Below, one piece after another: positions 47,417 to 58,024 of a stretch of DNA of 64,000 nucleotides (the stretch's first letter is position 1; each line of letters opens with the position of its first letter). The translations under genes and the position numbers were made by a program. Location of the stretch: the NCBI GenBank assembly GCA_009786025.1, contig WQUA01000001.1:32076-96075 (forward strand). Reading direction: 5' to 3'. Below the pieces are notes generated by a model. The model saw only the letters and a program-made list of their open reading frames with translations. It was not told the DNA's origin and made no database searches. Source of the stretch: Pseudomonadota bacterium. GTDB lineage: Bacteria > Pseudomonadota > Gammaproteobacteria > Burkholderiales > Casimicrobiaceae.

Positions 47417-48973
47417 TCAGGGAGTGGATCTTCCCTGCGCTTTGTTACGCTCGCGCTCACGCAGTTCCGCCTGCATTTCCCGTTTCCGGCTTTCGAGCGC
47501 CGATTTTTCCTGAAAGGAGGCGTCACTATCGTTCTTGAGCGCCAGATCGAATTGCTCAATGGCGGCGCGGGGGCTGCCCAGCCAGGCGTAGTATTCGCCC
47601 TGGTGCGCGTGCTCCTTAAAGGGGCGGTTCAGCTTCGAATAGGCGCGCGCTGCTTTTTCGTGTAGCGGGCCGTCATCGGGGAAGCGGATAATCTGCTTTT
47701 CGAGAAAGCCGACGGCTTTCTGGTTCTGACCAGCGCGGATCAGCGCCTCCGGGTAATCGTAAACCAACTGTTTTTTATTGGGATAGCGCTCAACGGCTTT
47801 ACCGAAACGAGTGATGGCGCCGTCGAGGTCGCCCGCTTCCATCATGATGTGGCCGGCCATCGCGTCGATCATCGGGTGTTGCAATTTTTTATCGAGCCCG
47901 GAGATTTCTTTTTTGGCGCGGTCGTAATCTTTGGCGCGCAGCAGGGCAGCGGCAAGGCCATAGTGCGTGGCGTCTTCATTATTGAACTTGCGCGCGCGCA
48001 GCGCGTCTTCAAAAAAGGAGACAGCCTCTTTCGGTGAGCCGAGGTAGCTTTGCAACAGGGCGCGGACCAGGTGGAAGTCGATGCTGTCGGCGACTTGTTT
48101 GTACGAAACTCTTTCGGCGCGCGCTTGTGCTTCGGCAATCCGTTCAATGGTGACCGGGTGGGTACGCAGGTAAGACGGCGCATCGCCGTCATTGAAACGG
48201 CTGGAGCGCAGCAGTCGCGTCATGAAGGTGGCGGCGGCAGTGACATCGAATCCGGCGGCGCGTAGGCGCTGGAAGCCGATACGATCGGCTTCGTATTCGT
48301 TCTCGCGGGTGTAATTGATCTGCGTTTGTATCGCCAGCGCTTGCGCCGAGGCAATAGCTGCGCCAGCCATCTGTCCGCTTGACGAGGAGTGTGATTGAGC
48401 GGCGACCAGCGCGGCAGCGAGCGCTGCCAGCGATAACAGCAGTGCATCCTTTTGAGTGCTGGCCATTCGTGCCAGGTGGTGTTGGGTGACATGGGTGATT
48501 TCGTGCGCCAGCACGCTCGCCAGTTCCGATTCGCTTTGCGCCAGCAGGACCAGTCCGGTATTGACGCCGATGAAGCCGCCGGGCAGCGCGAACGCATTGA
48601 TGCTCGGATCGGGAACAGCAAAGAATTCAAAATCGAAATCCAGCCGGGAATTGCTGCCGGCAGCCAGCAGCCGGTGTCCGAGCGTATCCAGATAATCGTT
48701 GACCTCGGGGTCGTCCATGTAGCCGCCGGAAGCGCGCAGGTCGTGAATGATTGAATCGCCGAGTTTGCGTTCTTGGGCCGGCGTCAGGTCGGTTTGTGAA
48801 ACATCGCCGAGGTCGGGCAGGTTGTAATAGTTTTGCGCGAGCGTCGGCAACGGCAGGATTGAGGTAAAGGTCAGTACGGTACAGAGAAGCGCGCACAAAG
48901 ATCGCTGCCGGTTGCGGTGGCGCGAAAGCAAAGGCGGGAGCGAAAGGGTTTTCGGAAAAATAGACATAGACAT
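47417..48973 (-). CDS. bepA: M48 family metalloprotease with TPR domain (BepA-like)
   Basis: Signal peptide, HEITHVTQHH zinc motif and a C-terminal TPR-like region. Confidence 0.8.
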   Translation of the reverse strand: MSMSIFPKTLSLPPLLSRHRNRQRSLCALLCTVLTFTSILPLPTLAQNYYNLPDLGDVSQTDLTPAQERKLGDSIIHDLRASGGYMDDPEVNDYLDTLGHRLLAAGSNSRLDFDFEFFAVPDPSINAFALPGGFIGVNTGLVLLAQSESELASVLAHEITHVTQHHLARMASTQKDALLLSLAALAAALVAAQSHSSSSGQMAGAAIASAQALAIQTQINYTRENEYEADRIGFQRLRAAGFDVTAAATFMTRLLRSSRFNDGDAPSYLRTHPVTIERIAEAQARAERVSYKQVADSIDFHLVRALLQSYLGSPKEAVSFFEDALRARKFNNEDATHYGLAAALLRAKDYDRAKKEISGLDKKLQHPMIDAMAGHIMMEAGDLDGAITRFGKAVERYPNKKQLVYDYPEALIRAGQNQKAVGFLEKQIIRFPDDGPLHEKAARAYSKLNRPFKEHAHQGEYYAWLGSPRAAIEQFDLALKNDSDASFQEKSALESRKREMQAELRERERNKAQGRSTP

Positions 48974-49197
48974 ACTACTATACTATAGACAGGCACTATA
49001 GAAAGATACGTAGGGCAGACACATAGAAAGAACTTGGGGGCAGAACAACCGTAATGAACGATGCTAAGATATTCAATGCCGCTTATTGATTGTTTTGTGG
49101 TAGTTTCTTATTGTCCCGTGCTTTTCATGTCGGCGCAATCGGTGCGGTTTCCGATTTTACGATCTTTGACGCTTTGTTTTCTTTGTTAGGGGAATCC

Positions 49198-49701
49198 ATG
49201 ACTTCTTCGACAACCGGTTTGCCTTTGTCTCATTTCGATGCGTGTGGGCAGGCGCACATGGTGGATGTGGCGGGCAAAGAGGTGACGCTACGCGTAGCAC
49301 GCGCCGGAGGGCGGATCACGATGATGCCGGCGACGCTGGCGCTGGTGCGCGACGGCAACGCCAAGAAAGGTGACGTGCTCGGCATTGCACGGGTCGCAGC
49401 GATTCAAGCATCAAAGCAAACCGCACATTTGGTTCCGTTATGTCACCCGCTGCCATTGACGCGGGTGGCGGTAGCGTTTGAGATCGACGAGGCGGCGAGC
49501 GCGGTGACGATTGAAGTCACCGCTGAAACGCTGGCGCGTACCGGTGTGGAAATGGAAGCGCTGACGGCGGCGGCGGTGGGACTGCTGACCATTTACGATA
49601 TGTGCAAGGCGGTGGATCGCGGCATGTGTATCGGTGAGGTTCGGTTGCTGGAGAAAAAGGGCGGTAAATCCGGCCATTTCAAGGCTGAAGGGGTGGTGTA
49701 A
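49198..49701 (+). CDS. moaC: cyclic pyranopterin monophosphate synthase
   Basis: Track ORF 49090..49701. I trimmed the start to the ATG at 49198, which follows AGGGGA. MoaC blocks are present ([25 protein letters not shown]). Confidence 0.9.
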   Translation: MTSSTTGLPLSHFDACGQAHMVDVAGKEVTLRVARAGGRITMMPATLALVRDGNAKKGDVLGIARVAAIQASKQTAHLVPLCHPLPLTRVAVAFEIDEAASAVTIEVTAETLARTGVEMEALTAAAVGLLTIYDMCKAVDRGMCIGEVRLLEKKGGKSGHFKAEGVV

Positions 49702-49702
49702 C

Positions 49703-50467
49703 GTGTTTAAATATCTGCGAGAAGACATCAAGGCAATTTTCGAGCGCGACCCGGCAGCGCGCAGCACTTGGGAAATCCTGACTTGTTATCCGGGCGTTCA
49801 TGCGCTGATTTTTCACCGGCTGTTGGCAGGGCCGTGCTGGCGCTTGGGACTACGTTGGCTGGCGCGTTGGTTTTCAACGATCGCGCGCTGGATGACCGGT
49901 ATTGAAATTCATCCGGGGGCGGTCATCGGTCGGCGTGTGTTCATCGACCACGGCATGGGCGTAGTGATCGGCGAAACTGCCGAGATCGGCGACGATTGCA
50001 CGTTGTATCACGGGGTGACGCTGGGGGGTACGTCGTGGAACAAAGGCAAGCGGCACCCGACGCTGGGGTGCGGTGTGGTGATCGGGGCCGGCGCCAAAAT
50101 TCTCGGGCCGATTCTGATCGGGGACGGCGCCAAGGTTGGCTCCAACGCCGTAGTGGTGCGCGAAATGCCGCCGGGAACAACGGCGGTCGGCATTCCTGCT
50201 CGTATTTTGACGAAAGACGACGAGAAGAAGAAAGCAGAACCGGAGCCGCCAACCGAAAAGAAGGATTTTTCCGCCTATGCCATATCGCGCGACTTGAACG
50301 ATCCCATTATGTTGGCGCTGCATCAGTTGTTTGACCATGTCGCCAAAACAGAAGAAAGCCTGGCAGCCATTACAGAGCGTCTGCGAGGACAGGGGATCGA
50401 TTGTGGAGCAGCCGACAAGGTGGAAAAACCGCTGGATGCCGCTTCTCTGAATAAGATTTTGGAATAA
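49703..50467 (+). CDS. cysE: serine O-acetyltransferase
   Basis: GTG start one base after the moaC stop. It has FERDPAA, hexapeptide repeats ([11 protein letters not shown].., [11 protein letters not shown]) and a charged C-terminal extension. Confidence 0.85.
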   Translation: MFKYLREDIKAIFERDPAARSTWEILTCYPGVHALIFHRLLAGPCWRLGLRWLARWFSTIARWMTGIEIHPGAVIGRRVFIDHGMGVVIGETAEIGDDCTLYHGVTLGGTSWNKGKRHPTLGCGVVIGAGAKILGPILIGDGAKVGSNAVVVREMPPGTTAVGIPARILTKDDEKKKAEPEPPTEKKDFSAYAISRDLNDPIMLALHQLFDHVAKTEESLAAITERLRGQGIDCGAADKVEKPLDAASLNKILE

Positions 50468-50496
50468 ACCTTTTGGGATGGGTGGCGGATTGGAGA

Positions 50497-50530
50497 TTAG
50501 TTGACTAAAGCTGTCGGATTATATTACTAT
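50497..50530 (+). promoter_or_regulatory. isc promoter with a putative IscR type-1 site
   Basis: TTGACT (50501-50506), an 18-nt spacer, then TACTAT (50525-50530). The sequence TTAGTTGACTAAAGCTGTCGGATTA resembles the E. coli iscR-promoter site ATAGTTGACCAATTTACTCGGGAAT, which I am quoting from memory. Confidence 0.45.
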
Positions 50531-50635
50531 TGTCTTTGCGGGTATTATTGGGACGGGCGGTCATGGTGCAGCGACCGATTCCGATACGGTTGATGTTCAT
50601 CCCGGAAGTTTTCAATACGAACTCGGAGGAATAGT

Positions 50636-51121
50636 ATGCGTCTAACGACAAAAGGCCGTTTTGCGGTCACCGCGGTTCTGGATGTTGCCCTTCATGGCGC
50701 TCAGGGCCCGGTCACTTTGGCGGCTATCTCTGAACGGCAGGACATATCACTGTCGTATCTCGAACAATTATTCGGTAAATTACGCCGCTGCGGCTTGGTC
50801 GAAAGCGTGCGCGGGCCGGGCGGCGGCTACAATTTGACCAAACCGCCGTCACAGGTATCGGTGGCCGACATTATTTTTGCGGTCGACGAACCGATCGATG
50901 CAACGCGTTGCGGCGGTCGCGGCAACTGTCAGCACGAGCAGGAGCATTGCATGACGCATGATCTGTGGTCGGGTCTGACTTCCCACATTTTCAATTTCAT
51001 GCATTCCGTTACGCTAGAAAAGCTGGTGGAACAACAGCGGAACAAGAGCAAGCATACGTCTCCTGAAAAGACAGTGATTATTCAGGATTTGAGCAGTGTG
51101 CGTGAGCCGACATTGATTTGA
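50636..51121 (+). CDS. iscR: Fe-S cluster assembly transcriptional regulator IscR
   Basis: The N-terminus [19 protein letters not shown].. is Rrf2-family. Three cluster-ligand Cys residues are present (C..C.....C). Confidence 0.95.
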   Translation: MRLTTKGRFAVTAVLDVALHGAQGPVTLAAISERQDISLSYLEQLFGKLRRCGLVESVRGPGGGYNLTKPPSQVSVADIIFAVDEPIDATRCGGRGNCQHEQEHCMTHDLWSGLTSHIFNFMHSVTLEKLVEQQRNKSKHTSPEKTVIIQDLSSVREPTLI

Positions 51122-51205
51122 GATACGTTTGATGGACTTTGGTTGTGCGTCTTGCCGCTCAAAAGGTTTGACATGGATGCGCGGCCTTTAACAGCGAAAC
51201 AAGAC

Positions 51206-52414
51206 ATGAAACTCCCGATTTATCTCGACTATGCGGCAACGACCCCTGTCGATCCCCGCGTTGCTGGGAAAATGATTCCTTATCTGACCGAGCATTTCGG
51301 CAATCCGGCGTCGCGCTCGCATCCGTTCGGCTGGGAGGCCGAGGAGGCCGTCGAAAACGCCCGGCGCGAAGTCGCGGCATTGTTTAACTGCGACGCCAAA
51401 GAAATCGTCTGGACTTCGGGGGCAACCGAATCGATCAATCTGGCGCTCAAGGGCGCCGCGCATTTTTATCAAAGCAAGGGTAAACACCTAATCACGGCGC
51501 GTACTGAGCACAAGGCGACGCTCGATACCATGCGCGAGCTGGAGCGCCAGGATTTCGAGGTGACGTATCTCGATGTTGATGGCGACGGAATGGTCGACCT
51601 TGAAGCGTTCAAGGCGGCGCTGCGCCCTGACACCATTCTGGTTTCGATAATGTATGTGAACAACGAGATCGGCGTCATTCAGGACATTCCGACGATCGGC
51701 GAATGGTGTCGCGAACGCGGCATCGTTTTTCACGTTGATGCGGTACAGGCGGTCGGCAAGTTGCCGATGGATCTGGCAAAGCTGAAGATCGACCTGATGT
51801 CGGTATCGTCGCACAAAGTGTATGGCCCGAAGGGCATCGGCGCGTTGTTCGTGCGGCGCAAGCCGCGCATCCGGCTGGAAGCGCAAATGCACGGCGGCGG
51901 CCACGAGCGCGGTATGCGTTCGGGAACCTTGCCGACGCATCAGATTGTCGGCATCGGTGAAGCGTTCCGATTGGCGCGCCTGGAAATGGCCGACGAAGTT
52001 CCGCGTCTGGCGCGGTTGCGCGACCGGCTGTTGAAAGGACTGCGGGAAATCGAAGAAGTTTATATTAACGGCTCGCTTGAGCACCGGGTGTGCAACAACC
52101 TCAACATGAGTTTCAACTTCGTCGAAGGTGAAAGCCTGATGATGGCGGTTCGTGATATTGCCGTTTCGTCAGGCTCGGCATGTACTTCGGCGTCGCTGGA
52201 ACCGTCGTATGTATTGCGGGCGCTGGGGCGCAGTGACGAGCTGGCGCACAGCTCGATCCGTTTTTCGGTAGGGCGCTTTACGACCGAGGAAGAAATCGAC
52301 TATGCGGTGACGCTGCTCAAACAAAAGGTTCATAAGCTGCGCGAGCTGTCGCCACTGTGGGAAATGTATTGCGACAAAGTGGATATCAGTCAGGTGCAGT
52401 GGGCGGCGCATTGA
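51206..52414 (+). CDS. iscS: cysteine desulfurase IscS
   Basis: Track ORF 51143..52414. The ATG at 51206 gives the canonical [19 protein letters not shown]. It has the PLP lysine motif ([10 protein letters not shown]) and the active-site loop SSGSACTS. Confidence 0.95.
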   Translation: MKLPIYLDYAATTPVDPRVAGKMIPYLTEHFGNPASRSHPFGWEAEEAVENARREVAALFNCDAKEIVWTSGATESINLALKGAAHFYQSKGKHLITARTEHKATLDTMRELERQDFEVTYLDVDGDGMVDLEAFKAALRPDTILVSIMYVNNEIGVIQDIPTIGEWCRERGIVFHVDAVQAVGKLPMDLAKLKIDLMSVSSHKVYGPKGIGALFVRRKPRIRLEAQMHGGGHERGMRSGTLPTHQIVGIGEAFRLARLEMADEVPRLARLRDRLLKGLREIEEVYINGSLEHRVCNNLNMSFNFVEGESLMMAVRDIAVSSGSACTSASLEPSYVLRALGRSDELAHSSIRFSVGRFTTEEEIDYAVTLLKQKVHKLRELSPLWEMYCDKVDISQVQWAAH

Positions 52415-52453
52415 GTGCAACGCAAGCATTAGGCACGAAAGCAGGAGATTGTG

Positions 52454-52909
52454 ATGGCGTACAGTGAAAAAGTATTGGAACACTATGAAAACCCGCGCAA
52501 TGTCGGCTCGTTCGACAAAGCGGAGAGCGATGTGGGAACCGGCATGGTCGGCGCGCCGGCCTGCGGCGATGTGATGAAATTGCAGATCAAGGTCGGCAAA
52601 GATGGCGTGATCGAAGACGCGCGTTTCAAAACTTACGGTTGCGGCTCGGCGATCGCTTCGTCGTCGCTGGTTACCGAGTGGGTCAAAGGTAAAACGCTTG
52701 ACGAAGCAATGGCGATCAAGAATACTCAGATCGCCGAAGAGTTAGCGCTGCCACCGGTGAAAATCCACTGCTCGATTCTGGCCGAAGACGCGATCAAGGC
52801 GGCAATTGCGGACTATAAAGCCAAAAGCGAAGCCAAGAGCGGCGCTCTGGGCAGTGAAGAAGAAACGGCAGAAGCGACCGTGTGCGCCCCGCATCCGGCA
52901 ACGACGTAA
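52454..52909 (+). CDS. iscU: Fe-S cluster assembly scaffold IscU
   Basis: MAYSEKVLEHYENPRNVG.., GAPACGDVM, YGCGSAIASSS, LPPVKIHCS. It carries a C-terminal extension of about 25 aa. Confidence 0.95.
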   Translation: MAYSEKVLEHYENPRNVGSFDKAESDVGTGMVGAPACGDVMKLQIKVGKDGVIEDARFKTYGCGSAIASSSLVTEWVKGKTLDEAMAIKNTQIAEELALPPVKIHCSILAEDAIKAAIADYKAKSEAKSGALGSEEETAEATVCAPHPATT

Positions 52910-52924
52910 AGAGGAGAGACCGAT

Positions 52925-53248
52925 ATGACCATTGAACTGACCCCGAGTGCGGTCAAACATATTCAGGCAAGCCTGACCAAACGCGGCAAGGGCATCGGTT
53001 TGCGCTTGGGGGTTCGCACCTCCGGCTGTTCTGGTTTGGCGTACAAGTTTGAATACGCTGATGAAGTACAGCCGGAAGATGTTTGCTTTGAAAACAGTGG
53101 CGTGACGATCGTCGTTGACAAGAAAAGCCTGCCGTACCTCGACGGCATTCGGCTCGATTATCGGCGCGAAGGATTGAACGAAGGATTCAAATTCGAAAAT
53201 CCGAATGTCAAAGCGCAATGCGGTTGCGGCGAATCGTTCAGTGTATAA
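52925..53248 (+). CDS. iscA: iron-sulfur cluster insertion protein IscA
   Basis: GCSG.. motif and a C-terminal CGCGESF motif. Confidence 0.95.
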   Translation: MTIELTPSAVKHIQASLTKRGKGIGLRLGVRTSGCSGLAYKFEYADEVQPEDVCFENSGVTIVVDKKSLPYLDGIRLDYRREGLNEGFKFENPNVKAQCGCGESFSV

Positions 53249-53374
53249 CGCCTGAACTGTAAACAACCATTGGAGCGGAGCAGCCCCATCCTTGCGCCCG
53301 TCTCCTTTAAAAGAGTGGTCGGTGAAACCGGTGGGGATTGTTTCCCCTCGAAGGGGAAGGAGTGATAAACCCCG

Positions 53375-53914
53375 ATGGATCGTAAAACCGATTATTTCGC
53401 TTTGTTTGGCCTGCCACGACAGTATGCGCTGGACGAGAGTGCTTTGCACGAATCCTGGCGTGCGCTGTTGGCGCGCGTGCATCCCGACACTGCGGTGCTC
53501 GCTGACGCCAGCGCCAAACGGAAAGCGATGGAAGATACGGCTCATGTCAACGAGGCGTACCGCACGCTCAAAGACCCGGTACGGCGCGGCGATTATTTAC
53601 TGCAATGTTACGGCGAAGCGCCGCTCAGCGCCAATGATGTGTTACCCGTCGAATTTCTGAGTGAACAACTGGATGCGCGTGAAGCTGCTGATGAGGCATG
53701 GCGGGCAGGAGACCGCGAGCGCCTGGAAGCGTTACGGACTTCTTTAACAGAGGCACAGCAACGGCGGCAGAAAACGCTGACTGCGTTGTTTGCCAATGAC
53801 GCGAGATCGCCGTCGGCAGAGGCGCTGGCGACAGCGCGTCAACATGTATTATCATTACAATTTCTAGCCCGCTTCGCCGACGACCTCGACGAGAAATGCT
53901 CAGATGACTTTTGA
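53375..53914 (+). CDS. hscB: co-chaperone HscB
   Basis: J-domain (DYFALFGLP..VHPD) and its position between iscA and hscA. Confidence 0.9.
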   Translation: MDRKTDYFALFGLPRQYALDESALHESWRALLARVHPDTAVLADASAKRKAMEDTAHVNEAYRTLKDPVRRGDYLLQCYGEAPLSANDVLPVEFLSEQLDAREAADEAWRAGDRERLEALRTSLTEAQQRRQKTLTALFANDARSPSAEALATARQHVLSLQFLARFADDLDEKCSDDF

Positions 53915-53953
53915 TCTCCTCGATAGCGAATCCCATCCGCGCCTCCATCCCAG

Positions 53954-53979
53954 CCCTCTCCCGCAAGCGGGGGAAGGGG
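53954..53979. repeat. CCCTCTCCCgcaagcGGGGGAAGGGG hairpin repeat in the hscB-hscA spacer
   Basis: Member of the dispersed hairpin family. A related TTCCCCTcgaAGGGGAA lies at 53342-53358 in the iscA-hscB spacer. Confidence 0.6.
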
Positions 53980-54007
53980 CAGGTAAGGTCGAAGGGGAGG
54001 GCTAAAA

Positions 54008-55882
54008 ATGTTGCTGCAAATTTCTGAACCAGACAGCCCCGCGCTGCTGCGCGAACGCAAACGCGCCGCAGGCATCGACCTGGGGACGACGCACTCGCTG
54101 GTGGCGAGCGTGCCGCAAGGCGTAGCGACAGTATTGCCTGATGAAAAGGGGCGGGTGTTGTTGCCGTCGGTAGTGCGGTACGGCGAGGGCGGAGAGGTGA
54201 TGGTCGGCTATGGTGCGTTGCCCTGGTTGGCGCGTGACACTGCCAATACGATTGCCTCGGTAAAACGTCTGATGGGGCGTGGCCTGGCCGATCTCGGTGA
54301 TACGCGCCAGTTTCCGTATCAATGGGCGGAAACTTCCGGGATGGTGCGTTTGAAAACGCGCGCCGGAGAAAAGAATCCGATCGAAATTTCCGCTGAAATT
54401 TTGAAAATGCTGCGTCGGCGTGCCGAGGCGCAATTGGGTGGCGCGCTTGAGGGTGTCGTGGTGACGGTGCCGGCGTATTTCGACGATGCACAGCGGCAGG
54501 CGACGAAGGAAGCGGCGCGGCTGGCGGGGCTTAGCGTCTTGCGTTTGTTGAACGAACCGACGGCAGCGGCGATTGCTTATGGGCTGGATCAAGGCGCTGA
54601 AGGCGTTTACGTCGTTTACGATTTGGGCGGCGGCACTTTCGACGTTTCCATTTTGCGTTTGTCGCGCGGTGTGTTTGAAGTACTGGCGACGCACGGCGAT
54701 TCGGCGTTGGGCGGCGATGATTTCGATCACCGCGTTTTTTGCTGGATCCTCGAAACTGCCGATTTGCCGCCACTGGCGGCGGAGGATGTTCGCTTGTTGT
54801 TGACAGTTGCACGGAACGCCAAGGAAACTTTGACGCAACACGAAACAGCGCCGGTGGTCGCCACCTTATCGACGGGTTTTAGGGTCGAATTGACCTTGAC
54901 GGCTGAAGTGTTTACCGAAATCACCGAACATCTGGTGCAGAAAACATTGGGGCCACTCAAACGCGCGTTGCGCGATGCCAAACTGTCGATCGAAGATATC
55001 AAAGGTGTCGTGCTGGTTGGCGGCGCAACGCGGATGCCGCAAATTCGCCGCGCGGTTGCGGAATTTTTCAAACAACCGCCGCTGGTCAATCTGAATCCCG
55101 ATGAAGTGGTGGCGCTGGGGGCGGCGATTCAGGCCAATGCGCTGGTCGGCAACCGCAGTCTTGACAGTGGCGAGGATTGGCTGCTTCTCGATGTGACGCC
55201 GTTATCGCTCGGACTGGAAACGATGGGTGGTTTGGTCGAAAAAATCGTGCCTCGCAACGCCGGCATTCCGCTGACGCGGGCGCAGGATTTTACGACGTTC
55301 AAAGATGGGCAAACCGCGCTGGCGATTCATGTGGTGCAGGGCGAGCGCGAGAAAGTGGCCGATTGCCGCTCATTGGCGCGTTTCGAATTGCGCGGCATTC
55401 CGCCGATGGTGGCGGGCGCGGCGCGAATCCGCATCACGTTTCAGATCGACGCCGACGGTTTATTATCGGTGTCGGCGCGTGAACAAACGACCGGCATCGA
55501 GGCGTCGGTCATCGTGAAGCCGTCGTATGGATTGGACGAAAACGAAATCGCGCGGATGCTCGAAGATTCGATGGCGCATGCCCGCGATGACATGCAGGCG
55601 CGAGCGCTGGTGGAAACCCAAGTCGAGGCCGACCAACTGATCGAACTGACGCAACATGCACTGGCGGAAGACGGCGATTTGCTGAGCGCCGCCGAACGCG
55701 CCGCTATCGACGCGGCGCTGGAAGAACTGGCGCAACGCCGGCAGGGACAGGAACTCAACGCGTTGCGTCTGGCGCTGGCGAAAACGAACCGGGCGACCGC
55801 GGAATTTGCGGGTCGAAGAATGGATCGCAGCGTCCAGAAAGCATTGACCGGAAAGCGCGTTGACAGCGTGATTCAGGGTTAA
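54008..55882 (+). CDS. hscA: Fe-S protein assembly chaperone HscA
   Basis: Hsp70 family ([22 protein letters not shown]). The N-terminus MLLQISEP is typical of HscA. Confidence 0.95.
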   Translation: MLLQISEPDSPALLRERKRAAGIDLGTTHSLVASVPQGVATVLPDEKGRVLLPSVVRYGEGGEVMVGYGALPWLARDTANTIASVKRLMGRGLADLGDTRQFPYQWAETSGMVRLKTRAGEKNPIEISAEILKMLRRRAEAQLGGALEGVVVTVPAYFDDAQRQATKEAARLAGLSVLRLLNEPTAAAIAYGLDQGAEGVYVVYDLGGGTFDVSILRLSRGVFEVLATHGDSALGGDDFDHRVFCWILETADLPPLAAEDVRLLLTVARNAKETLTQHETAPVVATLSTGFRVELTLTAEVFTEITEHLVQKTLGPLKRALRDAKLSIEDIKGVVLVGGATRMPQIRRAVAEFFKQPPLVNLNPDEVVALGAAIQANALVGNRSLDSGEDWLLLDVTPLSLGLETMGGLVEKIVPRNAGIPLTRAQDFTTFKDGQTALAIHVVQGEREKVADCRSLARFELRGIPPMVAGAARIRITFQIDADGLLSVSAREQTTGIEASVIVKPSYGLDENEIARMLEDSMAHARDDMQARALVETQVEADQLIELTQHALAEDGDLLSAAERAAIDAALEELAQRRQGQELNALRLALAKTNRATAEFAGRRMDRSVQKALTGKRVDSVIQG

Positions 55883-55911
55883 AGTACACATAAATCAGGA
55901 GGCCGCCCTCT

Positions 55912-57042
55912 ATGGCAAAGAAGAAGAGAAAAATGTTGCCCAAAAATTTCGAGGAACTGATTAAAGCGGGCGACATTGCGGCGCTGAAGGCTGCCTTTGA
56001 TGAATGCGAGCTTGACGCGCGCGGTGGTTACGATAAAAGAACTGCCTTGCATTTCCGTGGTGTGCCGGAAGAGCTTGCCCGCTGGCTCGTGGGGCAAGGC
56101 TTGGATGTCAATACCGTCACGAACACTTATAAGAAAACGCCGCTGCATGAACAAGCTTTCAGCAGCGATACTGTCAAATGGTTGCTGGAGCTGGGCGCTG
56201 ACATTGAGGCGACAGACTCATCGGGGAATACGCCGTTGCACGACGCGGCGGGGCTTTATCACCGCGCTGACACGGTTCAAACATTGATCGTGCATGGGGC
56301 GAATATCCATGCGGAAAATTGCTCGAAAGAAACGCCATTGAGTTACGCTCTTGCTCGCTGCGCTAACATTGACATATGCGAAACAGCCGAAGTCGCCGCG
56401 CTTTTGCTAGGTGTCGGCGCAAAAATCACGCCGGATATGTCGAAAAGCATTCGGCGCATCGGCAAGGATTTTGAATTTCACCGCGAAAATTTCAACAAAG
56501 ACTACCTTGCGGAAACCGATGCGGGTCTGGCGAGGCTGTATGAATTGTTCGACGTCGAGGCGGTTGCCGAACGGCGCACGCATGACGGGGTTTTGCCTAT
56601 CATCGTGACCGCTACGAAATGGCAGGATCAGCATCAGGAACTGTGGGAACTTCTTGTTCCATCGCAAGGTGCGGCCAAGACCGTGCAGGGAGAAGTGATC
56701 CGTATCACCGGGCGCGTTTCGGATGAGATGCATAGAAACGGTGGGATAAACTGGGACGCGGACTACCGCAAAATGCTGGATGCGCTGTTGCGGTATTTGG
56801 CGATAGGCGCGCCGCCGCCCCGCTCGATCCTTCGTACGCTGAAGGACGCGCTGTCGCGGCAGCCTGCAACAGATGCGCTGCTCTCTGCGGAGGAATTGGC
56901 CGAAGCTGCGGCGTTAGTAGCGGCGATTCGCCCCAAGGGGGAGGGCGAAGATGAACCGAGGCGGCTGTGTGAGCTGGCGGTGAAATGGGTGCTGGCGAAT
57001 CCCAATCCCATACCGCTGGAAAAGCCGGATTACAAGCGTTAA
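55912..57042 (+). CDS. ankyrin-repeat protein with an uncharacterised ~200-aa C-terminal domain
   Basis: ATG 9 nt after AGGAGG and 29 nt after the hscA stop. There are three to four ANK repeats (TALH.., TPLHEQA..LLELGADI, TPLHDAA..LIVHGANI, TPLSYAL). I recognise no motif in the C-terminal half. Confidence 0.75.
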   Translation: MAKKKRKMLPKNFEELIKAGDIAALKAAFDECELDARGGYDKRTALHFRGVPEELARWLVGQGLDVNTVTNTYKKTPLHEQAFSSDTVKWLLELGADIEATDSSGNTPLHDAAGLYHRADTVQTLIVHGANIHAENCSKETPLSYALARCANIDICETAEVAALLLGVGAKITPDMSKSIRRIGKDFEFHRENFNKDYLAETDAGLARLYELFDVEAVAERRTHDGVLPIIVTATKWQDQHQELWELLVPSQGAAKTVQGEVIRITGRVSDEMHRNGGINWDADYRKMLDALLRYLAIGAPPPRSILRTLKDALSRQPATDALLSAEELAEAAALVAAIRPKGEGEDEPRRLCELAVKWVLANPNPIPLEKPDYKR

Positions 57043-57176
57043 TCGTCGCCCCGATTTCGTGAGGGGCAGGATTCCTATTAAAATTTCGCAGAGGCTGTTA
57101 AAAATGCACATGCCATGCTATTTTTATAGGGTTAATTTTTTTATTTTCAATGATCATAGCAAAGGCAGATAACACC

Positions 57177-57512
57177 ATGCCGACAATAACCGTATTACCT
57201 CACCCAGAGTTGTGCAAAGGAGGTACTTCGTTTGAAGTATCGGCGGGGGAAAGTTTGTTGAACGCACTGCTGGCGCATGGCGTCAATGTTGAGCATGCTT
57301 GCGAGAAGTCCTGTGCGTGCACGACCTGCCATGTGATTGTTCGGAAAGGGTTTGATTCGTTGACCGAGGCCAGCGAAAAGGAAGAAGACTTGCTCGATCG
57401 CGCCTGGGGATTAACTGCAACATCTCGACTTTCATGCCAGACGCGGGTTGGTTCGGAATCGCTGGAAATCGAATTGCCGCGCTATACTATCAATCATGCA
57501 AAAGAAAGATGA
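57177..57512 (+). CDS. fdx: ISC-system [2Fe-2S] ferredoxin
   Basis: Track ORF 57150..57512. The ATG at 57177 gives MPTITVLPH.., parallel to E. coli Fdx. It has HACEKSCACTTCH and SRLSCQ cluster ligands and the C-terminal PRYTINHA. Confidence 0.95.
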   Translation: MPTITVLPHPELCKGGTSFEVSAGESLLNALLAHGVNVEHACEKSCACTTCHVIVRKGFDSLTEASEKEEDLLDRAWGLTATSRLSCQTRVGSESLEIELPRYTINHAKER

Positions 57513-57531
57513 GCAACGATGAGGTGCAACG

Positions 57532-57738
57532 ATGGCGACGAAACTGACTTGGCAGGACACTTACGAAATTGCTGAGGCACTGGCCGATGCGCATGAAGAA
57601 GTTGATCCACACTCCATCCGCTATACTGATTTGCATCGCTGGATTTGCGAGTTGCCGGATTTCGGTGACGATCCCGATGCCAGCAACGAAAGGATTCTTG
57701 AAGCGATCCAGATGGCGTGGATTGATGAGGCAGGTTGA
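57532..57738 (+). CDS. iscX: Fe-S assembly protein IscX
   Basis: A 68-aa acidic protein ([13 protein letters not shown]..) in the conserved position after fdx. Confidence 0.85.
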   Translation: MATKLTWQDTYEIAEALADAHEEVDPHSIRYTDLHRWICELPDFGDDPDASNERILEAIQMAWIDEAG

Positions 57739-57775
57739 TTAAGAATCAGGTATAAAGGCTGGGAATCAGATTTCA

Positions 57776-57800
57776 GGGCGGGCTTCAAGCCCGCCTTTTA
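57776..57800 (+). terminator. intrinsic terminator of the isc operon
   Basis: GGGCGGGC-ttcaa-GCCCGCC followed by TTTT. It also belongs to the GGGCGGG..CCCGCC hairpin family seen at ~9908 and 17865. Confidence 0.75.
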
Positions 57801-57879
57801 TGTTGCGCGAAATAATTTTCTGGGCGCTGCGATTTCGCACAATAAATGCAGCCCTGATAAGCAAAACCCATCCGGGAAT

Positions 57880-58020
57880 CAAAAAACAGGTTTAACCGCA
57901 AAGAACGCATAGGTCGCAAAGAAAGAACATGCCATTCTATGCGAAGCGGCGTCGCATCTTCTTTGTGCTTCTATGTGAAAGGATGCTTCTTTCTGAAATC
58001 TGATTCCTGATCTCTGATAC
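57880..58020. repeat. composite of dispersed repeat modules
   Basis: TTTAACCGCAAAGAACGC (57891-57908) is the reverse complement of 17924-17941. TCTGATTCCTGATCTCTG (57999-58016) is the reverse complement of 16618-16635. The composite abuts the dctM stop. Confidence 0.6.
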
Positions 58021-58024
58021 CCGA

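Noticed and set aside
48988-49031. Direct repeats CAC(T)ATAGAAAGA at 48994-49006 and 49020-49031, plus ACTATA-rich sequence, in the bepA-moaC divergent spacer.
   Set aside because: The repeats are short and AT-rich in a promoter region. They could be regulator sites but are indistinguishable from chance or UP-element-like sequence by eye.
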